From Acidobacteriota bacterium (GTDB taxonomy: Bacteria > Zixibacteria > MSB-5A5 > GN15 > FEB-12): a stretch of 64,000 bases of DNA. The notes under the pieces are model-generated. The model saw only the letters and a list, made by a program, of their open reading frames with translations, made no database searches and was not told where the DNA came from. Position 1 is the first letter of the stretch; each line of letters opens with the position of its first letter. This document shows positions 8,449 to 17,860 of this stretch, piece by piece. The position numbers and the translations under genes are program-made. Location of the stretch: positions 165,401 to 229,400 of the forward strand of contig DATKXK010000010.1 of assembly GCA_035529075.1 (NCBI GenBank), read 5' to 3'.

Positions 8449-8659
8449 CAGTTTTTTGGAGGCGTGGTCACGCTATCCGGCCGCGCCGGCCGGCAGTCGA
8501 CCCCGGCTAAGTCGATTCTAATGAACATAACCTGTTGACAACGCGTCTGCGGATTGATTATCTTTGCAGCCTGTTTTGGCTGGTCGGCCGATTGGCCCTG
8601 CATCTGTCTAGTACCGGTTGGGAGAAAGGTCATCTGTACAATATCGCGAGGAAGCGGAG

Positions 8660-9334
8660 ATGAAGAAGCTTGTACTGGTTTTGCCGTTGGTCTTTATGCT
8701 TGCAGTGAACACTTCCGTTCTGGGTCAGGTGGAAGAAGAGGAAGAACGGGACGTCCTTGAAGTCGTCGGCTTTTTCGGGGCCGCCATCCCGACGGCCGGT
8801 GTTGCAGAGTGGATGAGCCCGGGCGGCCCGGAGATCGGAGCCAAACCGGGCATCGGTTTCGGCGGGGGAATCGGATATTTCGTCACCGGCAATCTGGTGC
8901 TTGGGGTTAACTTTACCTATTCTCAGCACAGCCTGGACACTCAGGCCGGAACAGGCAATCTGGAGCACCGCTTCTACAATCCCAGCCTGTATCTCAAGCG
9001 CTATTTCTACGGCGAATCGGACCTGGTTCCCTACGTGAAAGTGCACGTCGGACTGGATAATCCAAAGTTTACAACCTGGGTCTGGGATGAGGCCCTTCAG
9101 CAATTCAAGTTCCGGGAACTGTCCTATGATCCGGCGCTGGCATTTGGCGCCGGGGTCGGCCTGTTCTACTATACCTCTGACTACAGCGGACTGCTTTTGG
9201 AGGCAAACCTTCATTACGGCTTGAGCGAGGATGCCGAAGGGACTTTCCAGGATCGGACGTACAGATTCGGCGAGAGCAATGTCATGATCGACGTGCATGC
9301 CGGTGTGAAAGTGTTCTTCGGCTCCGGCGAGTGA
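8660..9334 (+). CDS. outer-membrane beta-barrel protein (OmpA-beta/porin-like), function unknown
   Basis: Track ORF 8618..9334. ATG at 8660 gives the signal peptide MKKLVLVLPLVFMLAVNTSVLG. The remainder has an alternating amphipathic beta-strand pattern rich in aromatic/Gly residues. Confidence 0.7.
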   Translation: MKKLVLVLPLVFMLAVNTSVLGQVEEEEERDVLEVVGFFGAAIPTAGVAEWMSPGGPEIGAKPGIGFGGGIGYFVTGNLVLGVNFTYSQHSLDTQAGTGNLEHRFYNPSLYLKRYFYGESDLVPYVKVHVGLDNPKFTTWVWDEALQQFKFRELSYDPALAFGAGVGLFYYTSDYSGLLLEANLHYGLSEDAEGTFQDRTYRFGESNVMIDVHAGVKVFFGSGE

Positions 9335-9358
9335 TACCAGGCAATCATGGAACCCCCG

Positions 9359-9386
9359 GGCCCGCTTCTGCAAGCGGGCCTTTTTT
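9359..9386 (+). terminator. Rho-independent terminator
   Basis: GGCCCGCTT-CTGC-AAGCGGGCC followed by TTTTTT. Confidence 0.75.
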
Positions 9387-9426
9387 GTCGTTGCGAGCCG
9401 GGTGAAGACACCGTAGCTTTTGCAGC

Positions 9427-10776
9427 ATGAAACGCCCGAAACTGCTGATTGTTGATGACGAACCTAAGCAACGGGAACTGTTATCCGGTTATCTGGGAAA
9501 TGAAGGTTTCCGGGTCACTGAAGCTGAGAGCGGAGAGAGAGCGCTTGAAATCTACCACACGGTGTTTGCTCCGCTGGCTCTCGTGGACATGAAGATGCCT
9601 GGAATCGACGGTGTGGAACTGTTGATTCGCCTGAAAGAGATCAACCCGTTTATCCAGGTGATAGTCCTGACCGCCTTCGGGTCCGTGGAATCAGCGGTTC
9701 GTGCCATGAAGGCGGGGGCCTTTGATTATTTGACCAAGCCGGTCGAAGACCTGGACGAATTGCTGTTAAAACTGGAGAAAGCCGCCGCCCAGAACCGCCT
9801 CGTTGTCGACAACCAGGCAATGGCCGAGCGCCTGGCCGAGATTTTCCCCAGCGCCGAGATCATCGGCGAATCGCCCGCCATCACCCGGGTCAAGGAACTC
9901 ATCTCGCTGGTCGGCCCCAGGGATGCCACGATACTGATCACCGGACCGTCAGGAACGGGCAAGGAGCTGGTGGTGCGAGCCATCCATTCGCTCTCGCCTC
10001 GTTCGCAGAATCGCCTGGTGGCGATAAACTGCGCGGCTTTCCCGGAGACGCTGCTTGAGGCCGAGTTGTTCGGTTATGAGCGCGGCGCCTTCACCGGCGC
10101 CGATCGGGCCAAGCAGGGACGGTTCGAACTTGCCGACGGCGGGACGCTGTTCCTTGACGAGATCGGCGAAATGCCGCCGGCGATGCAGGCTAAACTGCTG
10201 CGGGTCCTCGAAGAACGGTCCATTCAGCGTCTGGGCTCGGTTCGGGATATCCCCATTGACATCAGGATACTGGCCGCCACCAACCGGGAGTTGGAGCAGT
10301 TGATCGAGCGCGGGAAGTTCAGGGAGGATCTGTACTACCGCTTGAATGTCATCCGCGTGCACCTGCCTCCGCTCTCGGAAAGATCAGGTGATATCCTGCT
10401 GTTGGCCGAGCGGTTCATCAAGAAGTACGCGCGCAAGATCGGCAAAGAGGTCAAGGGACTGGACAGCGAAGCGGCCTCGGCACTGGCGGCGTATCACTGG
10501 CCCGGCAACGTTCGGGAACTGGAAAACGTCATCGAGCGCGCCATCGTCCTGACCCGGAACGAGTATCTCACGAAACAAGATCTCCCCGGGCTGACGGCGG
10601 GCGGGGCTATGGTTGCCGAAGCCGTCGTGCGGACCCTCTCCGAGGTCGAAAAAGAGCATATCAAAGCCTGCCTTGACAGTCTCGGCTGGAACATCGGCCT
10701 CTCGGCCGAGAAGCTCGGCATACACCGCAATACCCTGCGGGTGAAGATAAAGGAATACGGGCTGGCAAAGGATTGA
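9427..10776 (+). CDS. sigma-54-dependent response regulator (NtrC/AtoC family bEBP)
   Basis: REC domain ([11 protein letters not shown]). AAA+ domain with Walker A GPSGTGKE and an intact sigma-54 contact loop GAFTGA. C-terminal Fis-type HTH ([17 protein letters not shown]). Confidence 0.9.
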   Translation: MKRPKLLIVDDEPKQRELLSGYLGNEGFRVTEAESGERALEIYHTVFAPLALVDMKMPGIDGVELLIRLKEINPFIQVIVLTAFGSVESAVRAMKAGAFDYLTKPVEDLDELLLKLEKAAAQNRLVVDNQAMAERLAEIFPSAEIIGESPAITRVKELISLVGPRDATILITGPSGTGKELVVRAIHSLSPRSQNRLVAINCAAFPETLLEAELFGYERGAFTGADRAKQGRFELADGGTLFLDEIGEMPPAMQAKLLRVLEERSIQRLGSVRDIPIDIRILAATNRELEQLIERGKFREDLYYRLNVIRVHLPPLSERSGDILLLAERFIKKYARKIGKEVKGLDSEAASALAAYHWPGNVRELENVIERAIVLTRNEYLTKQDLPGLTAGGAMVAEAVVRTLSEVEKEHIKACLDSLGWNIGLSAEKLGIHRNTLRVKIKEYGLAKD

Positions 10777-10815
10777 GTCCGGGTCGCCCTGTTCCTGTGC
10801 CGCCTTCTTTGCATC

Positions 10816-10832
10816 TGCACAGAAAATGTGCA
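10816..10832. promoter_or_regulatory. perfect inverted repeat TGCACA-N5-TGTGCA, candidate enhancer (UAS) for the adjacent bEBP
   Basis: Read directly from the sequence. It lies in a cluster of TGCA tetramers 66-82 nt upstream of the sigma-54-like promoter. Confidence 0.35.
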
Positions 10833-10897
10833 CGAAAACCTCCCCGAAATACACCCCGCCAGCGCTATCCTGCTTTACAATAACGCGTTACGGAAAT

Positions 10898-10913
10898 TGG
10901 CACGATTCTTGAT
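10898..10913 (+). promoter_or_regulatory. sigma-54 (-24/-12) promoter candidate
   Basis: TGGCACG-ATTC-TTGAT versus the consensus TGGCACG-N4-TTGCW. The only mismatch is C(-12) to A. It ends 44 nt before the ATG at 10957. Confidence 0.5.
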
Positions 10914-10956
10914 ACTCTCCTGACTGGAGACTTTAAAGCAGACACTGGAGTGAAAC

Positions 10957-11856
10957 ATGAAAAAGATAATAGTCTTGGTCCTGATCCCGCTTATCGCCCT
11001 TGTGACAGGCGGTTGTGATAACGACGATGAAATTGTCTACGTGTCCGACCCGCCGCCGCAGTCGCCTCAGGGCGTGTTCTCGGTCACCGGTGACGGGCAG
11101 GTCACGATCGGGTGGCTCGGTCTGTGGGAGGATGACATTGTAGAATACGTGGTCGGGTGGAACGACGCCCTGCTTGGGGAATACGAGGAAGTCGGCCGCG
11201 TCCCTGCCGATCCGCGCGATACCGAGACGAACCTGTACTGGTTCGTGGATACCGACGTGGACAACGGGACGACGTACTTTTACTCGGTCTGGGCCGTCGA
11301 TGAAGCGGGCCAGGTTTCCCGTCCGTCATATGAGGCCGTCTTTGATACTCCCCGGCCGCAGGGCCAGGTGGAGTTGTACTCGCGGTTTGCCAGCCCCGTT
11401 CAAGCCGGCTTTGACCTGAGTCAATCTGCCGTCGTGCCCTGGGATGCCACTACGGCCGATGTCTTCATCGATCACATAGAGATAGCGGACGGGGATAGCA
11501 CGTTGGTGGTGCTCTACCTGAACACGGCTAACCCGGCTACGGACATTCAGGACAAGGGATATACCGATGACTTTGACGATGTAGACTGGGCGCCGGTGGA
11601 AGGCTGGTCGGACTTGCAGTACTACGAAGTAATCCCCGGCCACACGTACGTCATCTGGACGGCTGACTACCATTATGCCAAGATGCGGGTCAGCTATGTG
11701 AGCCGCGACACCCGGCTGGTGGCATTTGAATGGGCGTACCAGGTTGCGGATACGACCAACGAGTTGGGCAATCGCGAATTGATGCCCCCGCCGCCCGAGT
11801 CGGAGGTTGACCCCGAACACGTTACGGCCGAGCAGGTCGACCGGACGTCACGCTAA
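10957..11856 (+). CDS. lipoprotein with a fibronectin type III-like domain
   Basis: The signal MKKIIVLVLIPLIALVTGGC ends in Cys. The FN3-like stretch is PQGVFSVTGDGQVTIGW...VEYVV......Y..VG........Y.F.DTDV.NGTTYFYSVWAVDEAGQVS. Confidence 0.75.
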   Translation: MKKIIVLVLIPLIALVTGGCDNDDEIVYVSDPPPQSPQGVFSVTGDGQVTIGWLGLWEDDIVEYVVGWNDALLGEYEEVGRVPADPRDTETNLYWFVDTDVDNGTTYFYSVWAVDEAGQVSRPSYEAVFDTPRPQGQVELYSRFASPVQAGFDLSQSAVVPWDATTADVFIDHIEIADGDSTLVVLYLNTANPATDIQDKGYTDDFDDVDWAPVEGWSDLQYYEVIPGHTYVIWTADYHYAKMRVSYVSRDTRLVAFEWAYQVADTTNELGNRELMPPPPESEVDPEHVTAEQVDRTSR

Positions 11857-11888
11857 AGAGCATGAGACGCGAAAGGATTGGTGATGCC

Positions 11889-13493
11889 ATGTTACGTAAT
11901 ACCAAAAAGACGGCGCTGGCGGCCCTGCTGGCGGCAATCGTCAGTGTGACGACGGCGGCGGCCCAGCCGGCGGAGCAGGAGTACGGCGACTATGAGCGCG
12001 TGGCGCGAGTAGACCGGTACCTGGATGCCGAGGTCTGGACCAATCACTACGACGGTGAGTACTACGAAGGTGACAACATTGTCATCCATTTTCGCGTGAG
12101 CCGGGATGCGTTCGTCGTCATCTACTCCATTGATACTCGCGGTCGGGTGAATCTCCTGTTTCCCGCAGATCCGACTCAGGACAACTTTGTCTATGGCGGA
12201 ATAACGAACAGTCTGCCGGGTGAAGACGACGGGTACGACCTGATGGTCAACGGCCCCGAAGGCCTCGAGCACTTGCAGATTATCGCCTCTCGCGAACGTT
12301 TTTCGGTGCCGAACTGGTACCACAATTCGGGCCTGGTTTTCACGGGCGATGACCGGTACGACTACATGGACTACCTGAACGACCAGTACTTCGTTCGCTA
12401 CGACGGCCAGCGGTTTGCCTATGATCGTGCCGTGATTTTCGTTGATGAATGGGAGCCGTACTACTACCGGCCGGTTTACTATCCCGGGTATCCGGCCTGG
12501 TCCGTTTGCGGTAACGCCTACATCGACTACCCCTGGGGCGCCACGGTATACGTCAATGGATACTACTGGGGTGTCGCGCCGCTGTATATCCCGCGCCTGG
12601 TGGTCGGCTGGCACACCGTGACGATCTACGACCACTACGGTTACTGCTGGGAAAGCGACTTCCACGTCAGCCGGTACAACACCGTAGTCTTCAGCCGGAC
12701 GGTGGTCAAGACGAGCGCCACGGTGACTTCCAAGTACGCCGCCGTAAGGAAGGTCGGATACCGGGATCCCGTGATGCACGGCTACCCGAACTTCTCGGCC
12801 AAACCGGCCGGCAAGAACGTTACGAAGCTGCAGGCCGGCAGCGTTACCGGGACAAAGACGCTCAAAGAGTCCGGGGCGTTCAACGACTACGTGCTGGACA
12901 AGAAGTACGTGCGTGGTTCGACCAAGCTCGTCAAGACGAAGCGCGGCTATGAAACCGACGTAGCCGGTTCAGGTTACACGGGCAAGGCCAAGAGCGTGGA
13001 GTCGTCCAAGTCAGAAGCCGCCGGAGAGCGCCGAGTGACCTCGTATTCAGAAAAGACGACTGACCGCGGCACGTCCGGCAAGTCCACGATTGGTGCGAAA
13101 GATTACTCCCCTGACAAGAGCGTGTCGGGCGAATCTTCGGGCTACTACGAGAAAAAGAGCGGGACCTCCGGAAAGGTCCGCTCGGGCTCCGGGAAGGCAC
13201 AAAGCGACCCGAAGGTGCGGGTCGGCTCCAAGTCAGGTGCCGCTACGTCGAAGCCCAAAGGCGACGCCGGTAAAACACCAAGCGTGAAAAGCTCTAAGGA
13301 AGAGAAGTCAGCCGATAAACCGTCCGGGAGCGTCAAGAGTCGTACGACGTCAAAACCATCCGGCGGTAAGTCCGGCGGCTCGGTCGGGTCTGGCAGCACA
13401 TCTTCGAGCGGAAGCAGCTCCTCGGGCAAAACGGGCAAATCCAGCGGCGGGTCCTCAGGCAAGAAGTCCGGCTCGGGCGGCAAGGGGAAGTAA
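11889..13493 (+). CDS. secreted protein with a DUF4384-like region, a PEGA-like region and a ~240-aa Ser/Gly/Lys-rich tail
   Basis: Track ORF 11862..13493. The ATG at 11889 gives MLRNTKKTALAALLAAIVSVTTAAA. GLEHLQIIASRERF resembles DUF4384. VYVNGYYWGVAPLYIPRLVVGWHTVTIY resembles a PEGA domain. The C-terminus is low complexity (SGKS repeats). Confidence 0.75.
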   Translation: MLRNTKKTALAALLAAIVSVTTAAAQPAEQEYGDYERVARVDRYLDAEVWTNHYDGEYYEGDNIVIHFRVSRDAFVVIYSIDTRGRVNLLFPADPTQDNFVYGGITNSLPGEDDGYDLMVNGPEGLEHLQIIASRERFSVPNWYHNSGLVFTGDDRYDYMDYLNDQYFVRYDGQRFAYDRAVIFVDEWEPYYYRPVYYPGYPAWSVCGNAYIDYPWGATVYVNGYYWGVAPLYIPRLVVGWHTVTIYDHYGYCWESDFHVSRYNTVVFSRTVVKTSATVTSKYAAVRKVGYRDPVMHGYPNFSAKPAGKNVTKLQAGSVTGTKTLKESGAFNDYVLDKKYVRGSTKLVKTKRGYETDVAGSGYTGKAKSVESSKSEAAGERRVTSYSEKTTDRGTSGKSTIGAKDYSPDKSVSGESSGYYEKKSGTSGKVRSGSGKAQSDPKVRVGSKSGAATSKPKGDAGKTPSVKSSKEEKSADKPSGSVKSRTTSKPSGGKSGGSVGSGSTSSSGSSSSGKTGKSSGGSSGKKSGSGGKGK

Positions 13494-13556
13494 GGGTGTC
13501 GTGTTTTCTGTCAACGGGTGAGGTGAAGTCAAGCTCATGAAAGCCGGGTGTGAATC

Positions 13557-13904
13557 ATGAAACGTTTACTGACATATCTGTTGTGTGCCGCCTTTCTGTT
13601 CTCTCTGAGCGGCGTAGCATCGGCGGTTGAGAAAAAGAAGAAAGAGGACACGCCTAAAGCTAAGGTGCAAAAGCGCGATACATCTTCGAAGACTGTCACC
13701 AAAACGACAGCGAAGAAAACAATCCTGGTGCCGAAGCGGCCGGCTGCAACTAAGAAGAAGTACGATAACTTCGTCGACCGTAATAAGAACGGTGTCGATG
13801 ACCGCCGGGAAAACCTGAAACAAAAGGTGCAAAAAAAGCCCGCCGCCGAGGTTCAGAAGAAGCCGAGCAAGGACTCCGGCTCCAAGAAAGAGCCGAAAAA
13901 GTAA
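13557..13904 (+). CDS. small secreted lysine-rich protein
   Basis: Clean signal peptide MKRLLTYLLCAAFLFSLSGVASA. The mature part is about 30% Lys. It has an EF-hand-like loop, DRNKNGVDDRRE, which fails the canonical hydrophobic position 8. A terminator follows on the same strand. Confidence 0.6.
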   Translation: MKRLLTYLLCAAFLFSLSGVASAVEKKKKEDTPKAKVQKRDTSSKTVTKTTAKKTILVPKRPAATKKKYDNFVDRNKNGVDDRRENLKQKVQKKPAAEVQKKPSKDSGSKKEPKK

Positions 13905-13930
13905 AGGCTTACCGGCACGTATAGACATTC

Positions 13931-13958
13931 AAGCCGCCACCGTCAGGTGGCGGCTTTT
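13931..13958 (+). terminator. Rho-independent terminator
   Basis: AAGCCGCCACC-GTCA-GGTGGCGGCTT followed by TTCGTCTT. Confidence 0.7.
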
Positions 13959-13993
13959 CGTCTTCAGGGGGCATTTTTCTGAACCGTTCTGAC

Positions 13994-14022
13994 TTGACTA
14001 TCGTTAGAGAATGTGTTAATTA
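13994..14022 (+). promoter_or_regulatory. sigma-70-type promoter candidate for the hrcA operon
   Basis: TTGACT-N17-TAATTA, about 60 nt upstream of the hrcA start. Confidence 0.4.
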
Positions 14023-14049
14023 GCAATGGGTGTCAGGGTGGACTGCCAA
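14020..14049 (+). promoter_or_regulatory. degenerate CIRCE-like element (candidate HrcA operator)
   Basis: TTAGCAATG-N12-GACTGCCAA versus TTAGCACTC-N9-GAGTGCTAA. Each half matches 7/9, but the spacer is 12 rather than 9 and the arms complement each other poorly. Confidence 0.25.
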
Positions 14050-14080
14050 AATGGCAGTTGCTCGATAAGCGCAGAGGAGC

Positions 14081-15130
14081 GTGATGGCTTTTGAGAATCT
14101 GTCGGACCGCGAAAAGTTGGTCCTGTTTAACCTGATCAGCCACTATATCGAGTCGGCCGATCCGGTGGGCTCGCGCGTTATTGCCGACAGGTTCAGGATG
14201 GGTATATCCTCGGCGACGATTCGCAATACCCTTCAGGATCTGGAGGACCTCGGCCTAGTCGAGCAGCCGCACACCTCAGCCGGCCGCGTCCCCACCGACA
14301 AGGGGTACCGTGTCTACGTCGACTACCTTCTCAAACCGGACACGCTCAGCGAGACGGAGAAGGAGACCATCAAGCAATCCATTCTCCGTGAAGGGCGGGG
14401 GATCAGCGAAATCCTGGGCCAGACGGCCAGGGTTCTCAGCGACATTACCGACCAGCTTGGACTGACCGTGGCGCCCCGATTCGAAGAGGGGGTTCTCGGG
14501 AGCCTGAGGTTAATTCCCGTTTCCGAGGGGCGGTTGATGGTCGTGGTGATCGTCAAATCCGGTCTGGCTCGCTCGCTCATTCTGGAAGTGGAGGCATCGG
14601 TATCGGACTCGGCGTTGCGGGAGGTGGAGCAGGGTCTCACCGAGCGCCTGACCGGGCTGACGCTCTCGGAAATCCGTCGCACCATAACTGAGCGCATGGC
14701 CGGTGTGTCCGGGCAAGGCCGGCTGATCAAGCTGGTCATGGACGCCAAGGACAGGATCTGGACGGAAGACCGCGCCGGTGATCTGCACTATGCGGGGACC
14801 AACACGCTGTTGTCCAAGCCGGAGTTTGCAGACCGCGGGCGATTGTCGAAGCTGATGAAGGTGCTCGAGGACGGCAAGGTGCTGCTGGAGTTCCTCGGTG
14901 AAGCCGAGCGTGAAGGCCTTATCATAACGATCGGCGAAGAGAACAAGATGGATGAGATCATAAACTGCTCACTGGTCAAATCGACTTACCGGGTCGGCAA
15001 TATCACCGGCACTATCGGCATCATCGGTCCCACCCGGATGCCGTATGCAAAAGCAGTGTCCATTGTCGAGTACACGGCGCGATCGATCACCGAGCTGCTT
15101 GCCGGGATGAAGCCTGCGAAGGAGCTATGA
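14081..15130 (+). CDS. hrcA: heat-inducible transcription repressor HrcA
   Basis: 349 aa. Has the N-terminal winged helix (PVGSR.IA......SSATIRN.L.DLE..GL..QPHTSAGR.PT..GYR.YVD) and sits upstream of grpE-dnaK-dnaJ. Confidence 0.9.
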   Translation: MMAFENLSDREKLVLFNLISHYIESADPVGSRVIADRFRMGISSATIRNTLQDLEDLGLVEQPHTSAGRVPTDKGYRVYVDYLLKPDTLSETEKETIKQSILREGRGISEILGQTARVLSDITDQLGLTVAPRFEEGVLGSLRLIPVSEGRLMVVVIVKSGLARSLILEVEASVSDSALREVEQGLTERLTGLTLSEIRRTITERMAGVSGQGRLIKLVMDAKDRIWTEDRAGDLHYAGTNTLLSKPEFADRGRLSKLMKVLEDGKVLLEFLGEAEREGLIITIGEENKMDEIINCSLVKSTYRVGNITGTIGIIGPTRMPYAKAVSIVEYTARSITELLAGMKPAKEL

Positions 15131-15134
15131 GTAA

Positions 15135-15803
15135 ATGTCCAGGAAAAGACACATAAAGGTAGAAGGACCATCCGATTCCGGCGAGGCCGATCAGCGTGCC
15201 GCTCCCGGCCCGGCGGAGTCTCCCAGCTCGTCAGACGAGACCGTGGCAAAGTCGCCTCGTGAGGGCAACGGCGGGGAAGCGGAGCAGGCCGAAGCGGCGG
15301 TGGAGTTGTCTGAAGAGGAGAAGCTGCGTGCCCGGGTTGAAGAGTTGGAGGATCAATTGCTTCGCGCCATGGCGGATCTCGACAATTTCAGAAAGCGTTC
15401 CGCGCGGCGGATCCAGGACGTGGCGGCATCGGCTAACGACCGCCTGATCGGTGAATTGCTCGAAGTAGTGGATAATTTCGAACGGTCCTTCGAGCACGCC
15501 GAGGAGGCTGCCAACGCTGAAGCGATACGTCAGGGTACCCGGATGGTTTACGCTCAGATGAAAGACCTGCTCGGCAAGTATGAGGTCCGGCCGATTGAGG
15601 CGCTGGGCAGAACCTTCGACCCGCGCTACCACGAGGCCCTCATGCAGGTGGACTCTGACGAGTATGATGAAGGGCTGGTCGCGATGGAGGTCAGCAGGGG
15701 GTACATGATCGGGGATCGCGTGCTCCGGCATGCCAAGGTCGGGGTCAGCCGAGGCGCCCCGACGGACCGAGCCGGAACGCGAACCGAGGTGGAGGAAGAC
15801 TGA
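15135..15803 (+). CDS. grpE: nucleotide exchange factor GrpE
   Basis: LLRAMADLDNFRKR and the C-terminal FDP..HEA.......EY..G.V.....GY..GDRVLR.A.V are GrpE signatures. Confidence 0.9.
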   Translation: MSRKRHIKVEGPSDSGEADQRAAPGPAESPSSSDETVAKSPREGNGGEAEQAEAAVELSEEEKLRARVEELEDQLLRAMADLDNFRKRSARRIQDVAASANDRLIGELLEVVDNFERSFEHAEEAANAEAIRQGTRMVYAQMKDLLGKYEVRPIEALGRTFDPRYHEALMQVDSDEYDEGLVAMEVSRGYMIGDRVLRHAKVGVSRGAPTDRAGTRTEVEED

Positions 15804-15901
15804 GTTGTCTCCGCAGATGCCGTCCGTGCACCATGAGGTCGCGGTCGGAACACCAAACGAACGGAACAAGAAAGTGATGACGTATAGAGGAGGAAGGAAA
15901 C

Positions 15902-17860
15902 ATGGGGAAAGCAATCGGCATTGACCTGGGCACCACCAACTCATGCGTGGCTGTACTGGAGGGGAAGGACGCGGTCGTCATTCCCAACCAGGAGGGTTCG
16001 CGCACGACGCCGTCGGTGGTGGCTTTTGCCAGGGACGGTGAGCGTCTCACGGGCGCTGCGGCTAAACGCCAGGCGGTTACAAACCCGGAGAATACGGTTT
16101 TCTCCGTCAAGCGATTCATGGGACGGCGGCACGAGGAGGTGTCCTCGGAGGAGAAAATCGTCCCGTACAAGGTAAGCGCCGACGCCGAGGGGAACGTCCA
16201 GATCGAGGTTGCCGGCAAGAAGCTGAAGCCGCCGGAGGTGTCGGCGATGATTCTCCAGCACCTCAAGAGCGCCGCCGAGAACTACCTCGGCGAGGAAGTC
16301 AAGCAGGCGGTGGTCACCGTCCCGGCGTACTTCAACGATTCGCAGCGACAGGCCACCAAAGACGCCGGTCGCATCGCAGGTCTCGAGGTGCTCCGTATCA
16401 TCAACGAGCCGACTGCGGCTTCGCTCGCATACGGTCTGCAGAAGAAGGGCAACGAGAAGATCGCCGTCTACGACCTTGGGGGCGGCACCTTCGATATCTC
16501 CATCCTCGAGATCGGTGACGGTGTTTTCGAGGTCCGTTCCACCAACGGTGACACGCACCTGGGCGGTGACGACTTCGATCACGTGGTCATCGACTGGATG
16601 GCTGAAGAGTTTCTCAAGTCGCAGGGGATTGACCTGCGCAAGGATCGCATGGCCTTGCAGCGGCTCAAAGAGGCGGCCGAGAAGGCCAAGATCGAGCTTT
16701 CTTCGACGATGCAGACCAACATCAACCTGCCGTTCATCACGGCGGACCAGTCCGGTCCCAAGCATCTCGATTTGACGCTCACGCGGGCCAAGTTCGAGCA
16801 ACTGGTTGATCATCTGGTTCAGCGCACGGTGGAGCCGTGCAGAGCAGCCCTGGCCGACGCCAAGCTGTCGATGGGCGACATTGACGAGGTCGTGCTCGTC
16901 GGCGGTATGACGCGTATGCCCAAAGTGGTTGAAACGGTCAAGCAACTGTTCGGCAGAGATCCCCATAAGGGCGTCAACCCGGACGAAGTGGTCGCCATCG
17001 GCGCCGCGATACAGGCGGGCGTACTGACCGGAGAGATGCGCGACATCGTGCTGCTCGACGTTACGCCGCTCTCGCTTGGCATTGAAACGCTGGGCGGCAT
17101 CATGACCAGGCTTATCGAGCGGAACACGACCATTCCCACCAAGAAGTCGCAGATCTTTTCGACGGCGACCGATAGCCAGCCCGCGGTGTCGATCCACGTG
17201 CTGCAGGGAGAACGTCGCATGGCCGTGGATAACCGCACCCTGGGCAAGTTCGACCTGGTAGGTATTCCGCCGGCTCCCCGGGGCGTGCCGCAGATCGAAG
17301 TGACGTTCGATATCGACGCCAACGGTATTGTGCACGTCAGTGCCAAGGACCTTGCCACGGGCAAAGAGCAGTCGATAAAGATCGAGGTCTCCTCGGGCCT
17401 GTCGGAGGAGGAGATCAAGCGCATGGTCGATGACTCTGAGAAGTTCGCCGACGAGGACAAGAAGAAGACCGACCTTATCCAGGCTCGCAACGAGGCGGAC
17501 CAGTTGATCTACAGCACCGAGAAGACTCTCAAGGAGCAGGGGGAGAAGATCTCCGAGGGTGAGAAGAAGAGCATTAAAGAGGCCGTCGAGGAGCTTCGCA
17601 AGACCATGAGCGGTGAATCGGTCGAGGCCATCAATGCCGCCAAAGAGAAGCTCACTCAGGTGTCCCACAAGCTTGCCGAAGAGATGTACAGGCAGGCTCA
17701 GCAGGCGGCCGGTGCGCAGGCCGGGGCCGGCCAGGGGCCGGCGGCCGGAGGAGCCGAGGCCGGTCCGGACGCTGCGGCCGAGAGTTCCACGGGAGAGAAA
17801 AAGGACGGCGCGGTGGATGCCGACTTCGAAGTCGTCGATGATGACAAGAACCAGACCTGA
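15902..17860 (+). CDS. dnaK: molecular chaperone DnaK (Hsp70)
   Basis: [25 protein letters not shown] and [12 protein letters not shown] are canonical Hsp70 motifs. Confidence 0.98.
   Translation: MGKAIGIDLGTTNSCVAVLEGKDAVVIPNQEGSRTTPSVVAFARDGERLTGAAAKRQAVTNPENTVFSVKRFMGRRHEEVSSEEKIVPYKVSADAEGNVQIEVAGKKLKPPEVSAMILQHLKSAAENYLGEEVKQAVVTVPAYFNDSQRQATKDAGRIAGLEVLRIINEPTAASLAYGLQKKGNEKIAVYDLGGGTFDISILEIGDGVFEVRSTNGDTHLGGDDFDHVVIDWMAEEFLKSQGIDLRKDRMALQRLKEAAEKAKIELSSTMQTNINLPFITADQSGPKHLDLTLTRAKFEQLVDHLVQRTVEPCRAALADAKLSMGDIDEVVLVGGMTRMPKVVETVKQLFGRDPHKGVNPDEVVAIGAAIQAGVLTGEMRDIVLLDVTPLSLGIETLGGIMTRLIERNTTIPTKKSQIFSTATDSQPAVSIHVLQGERRMAVDNRTLGKFDLVGIPPAPRGVPQIEVTFDIDANGIVHVSAKDLATGKEQSIKIEVSSGLSEEEIKRMVDDSEKFADEDKKKTDLIQARNEADQLIYSTEKTLKEQGEKISEGEKKSIKEAVEELRKTMSGESVEAINAAKEKLTQVSHKLAEEMYRQAQQAAGAQAGAGQGPAAGGAEAGPDAAAESSTGEKKDGAVDADFEVVDDDKNQT

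Noticed and set aside
12760-13490. Highly repetitive-looking DNA (TCCGGC/AAGTC/GGCAAG units) that could be mistaken for a tandem repeat or CRISPR-like array.
   Set aside because: It is the in-frame coding sequence of a Ser/Gly/Lys low-complexity tail. There is no fixed-length repeat-spacer periodicity.
15941-17668. 575-aa ORF antisense to dnaK. Similar long antisense ORFs occur opposite prmA/rsmE (18963-20435), ribBA (29456-30673), the DUF2723 gene (32912-34045), pilMN (42444-43472), the Omp85 gene (48162-49133) and flavodoxin/DJ-1 (59592-60590).
   Set aside because: High-GC DNA yields long stop-free antisense frames. Each lies fully inside a gene with unmistakable conserved motifs on the other strand. 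Their translations are Arg/Gly/Pro/His-rich with no recognisable motifs, SD sequences or signal peptides.
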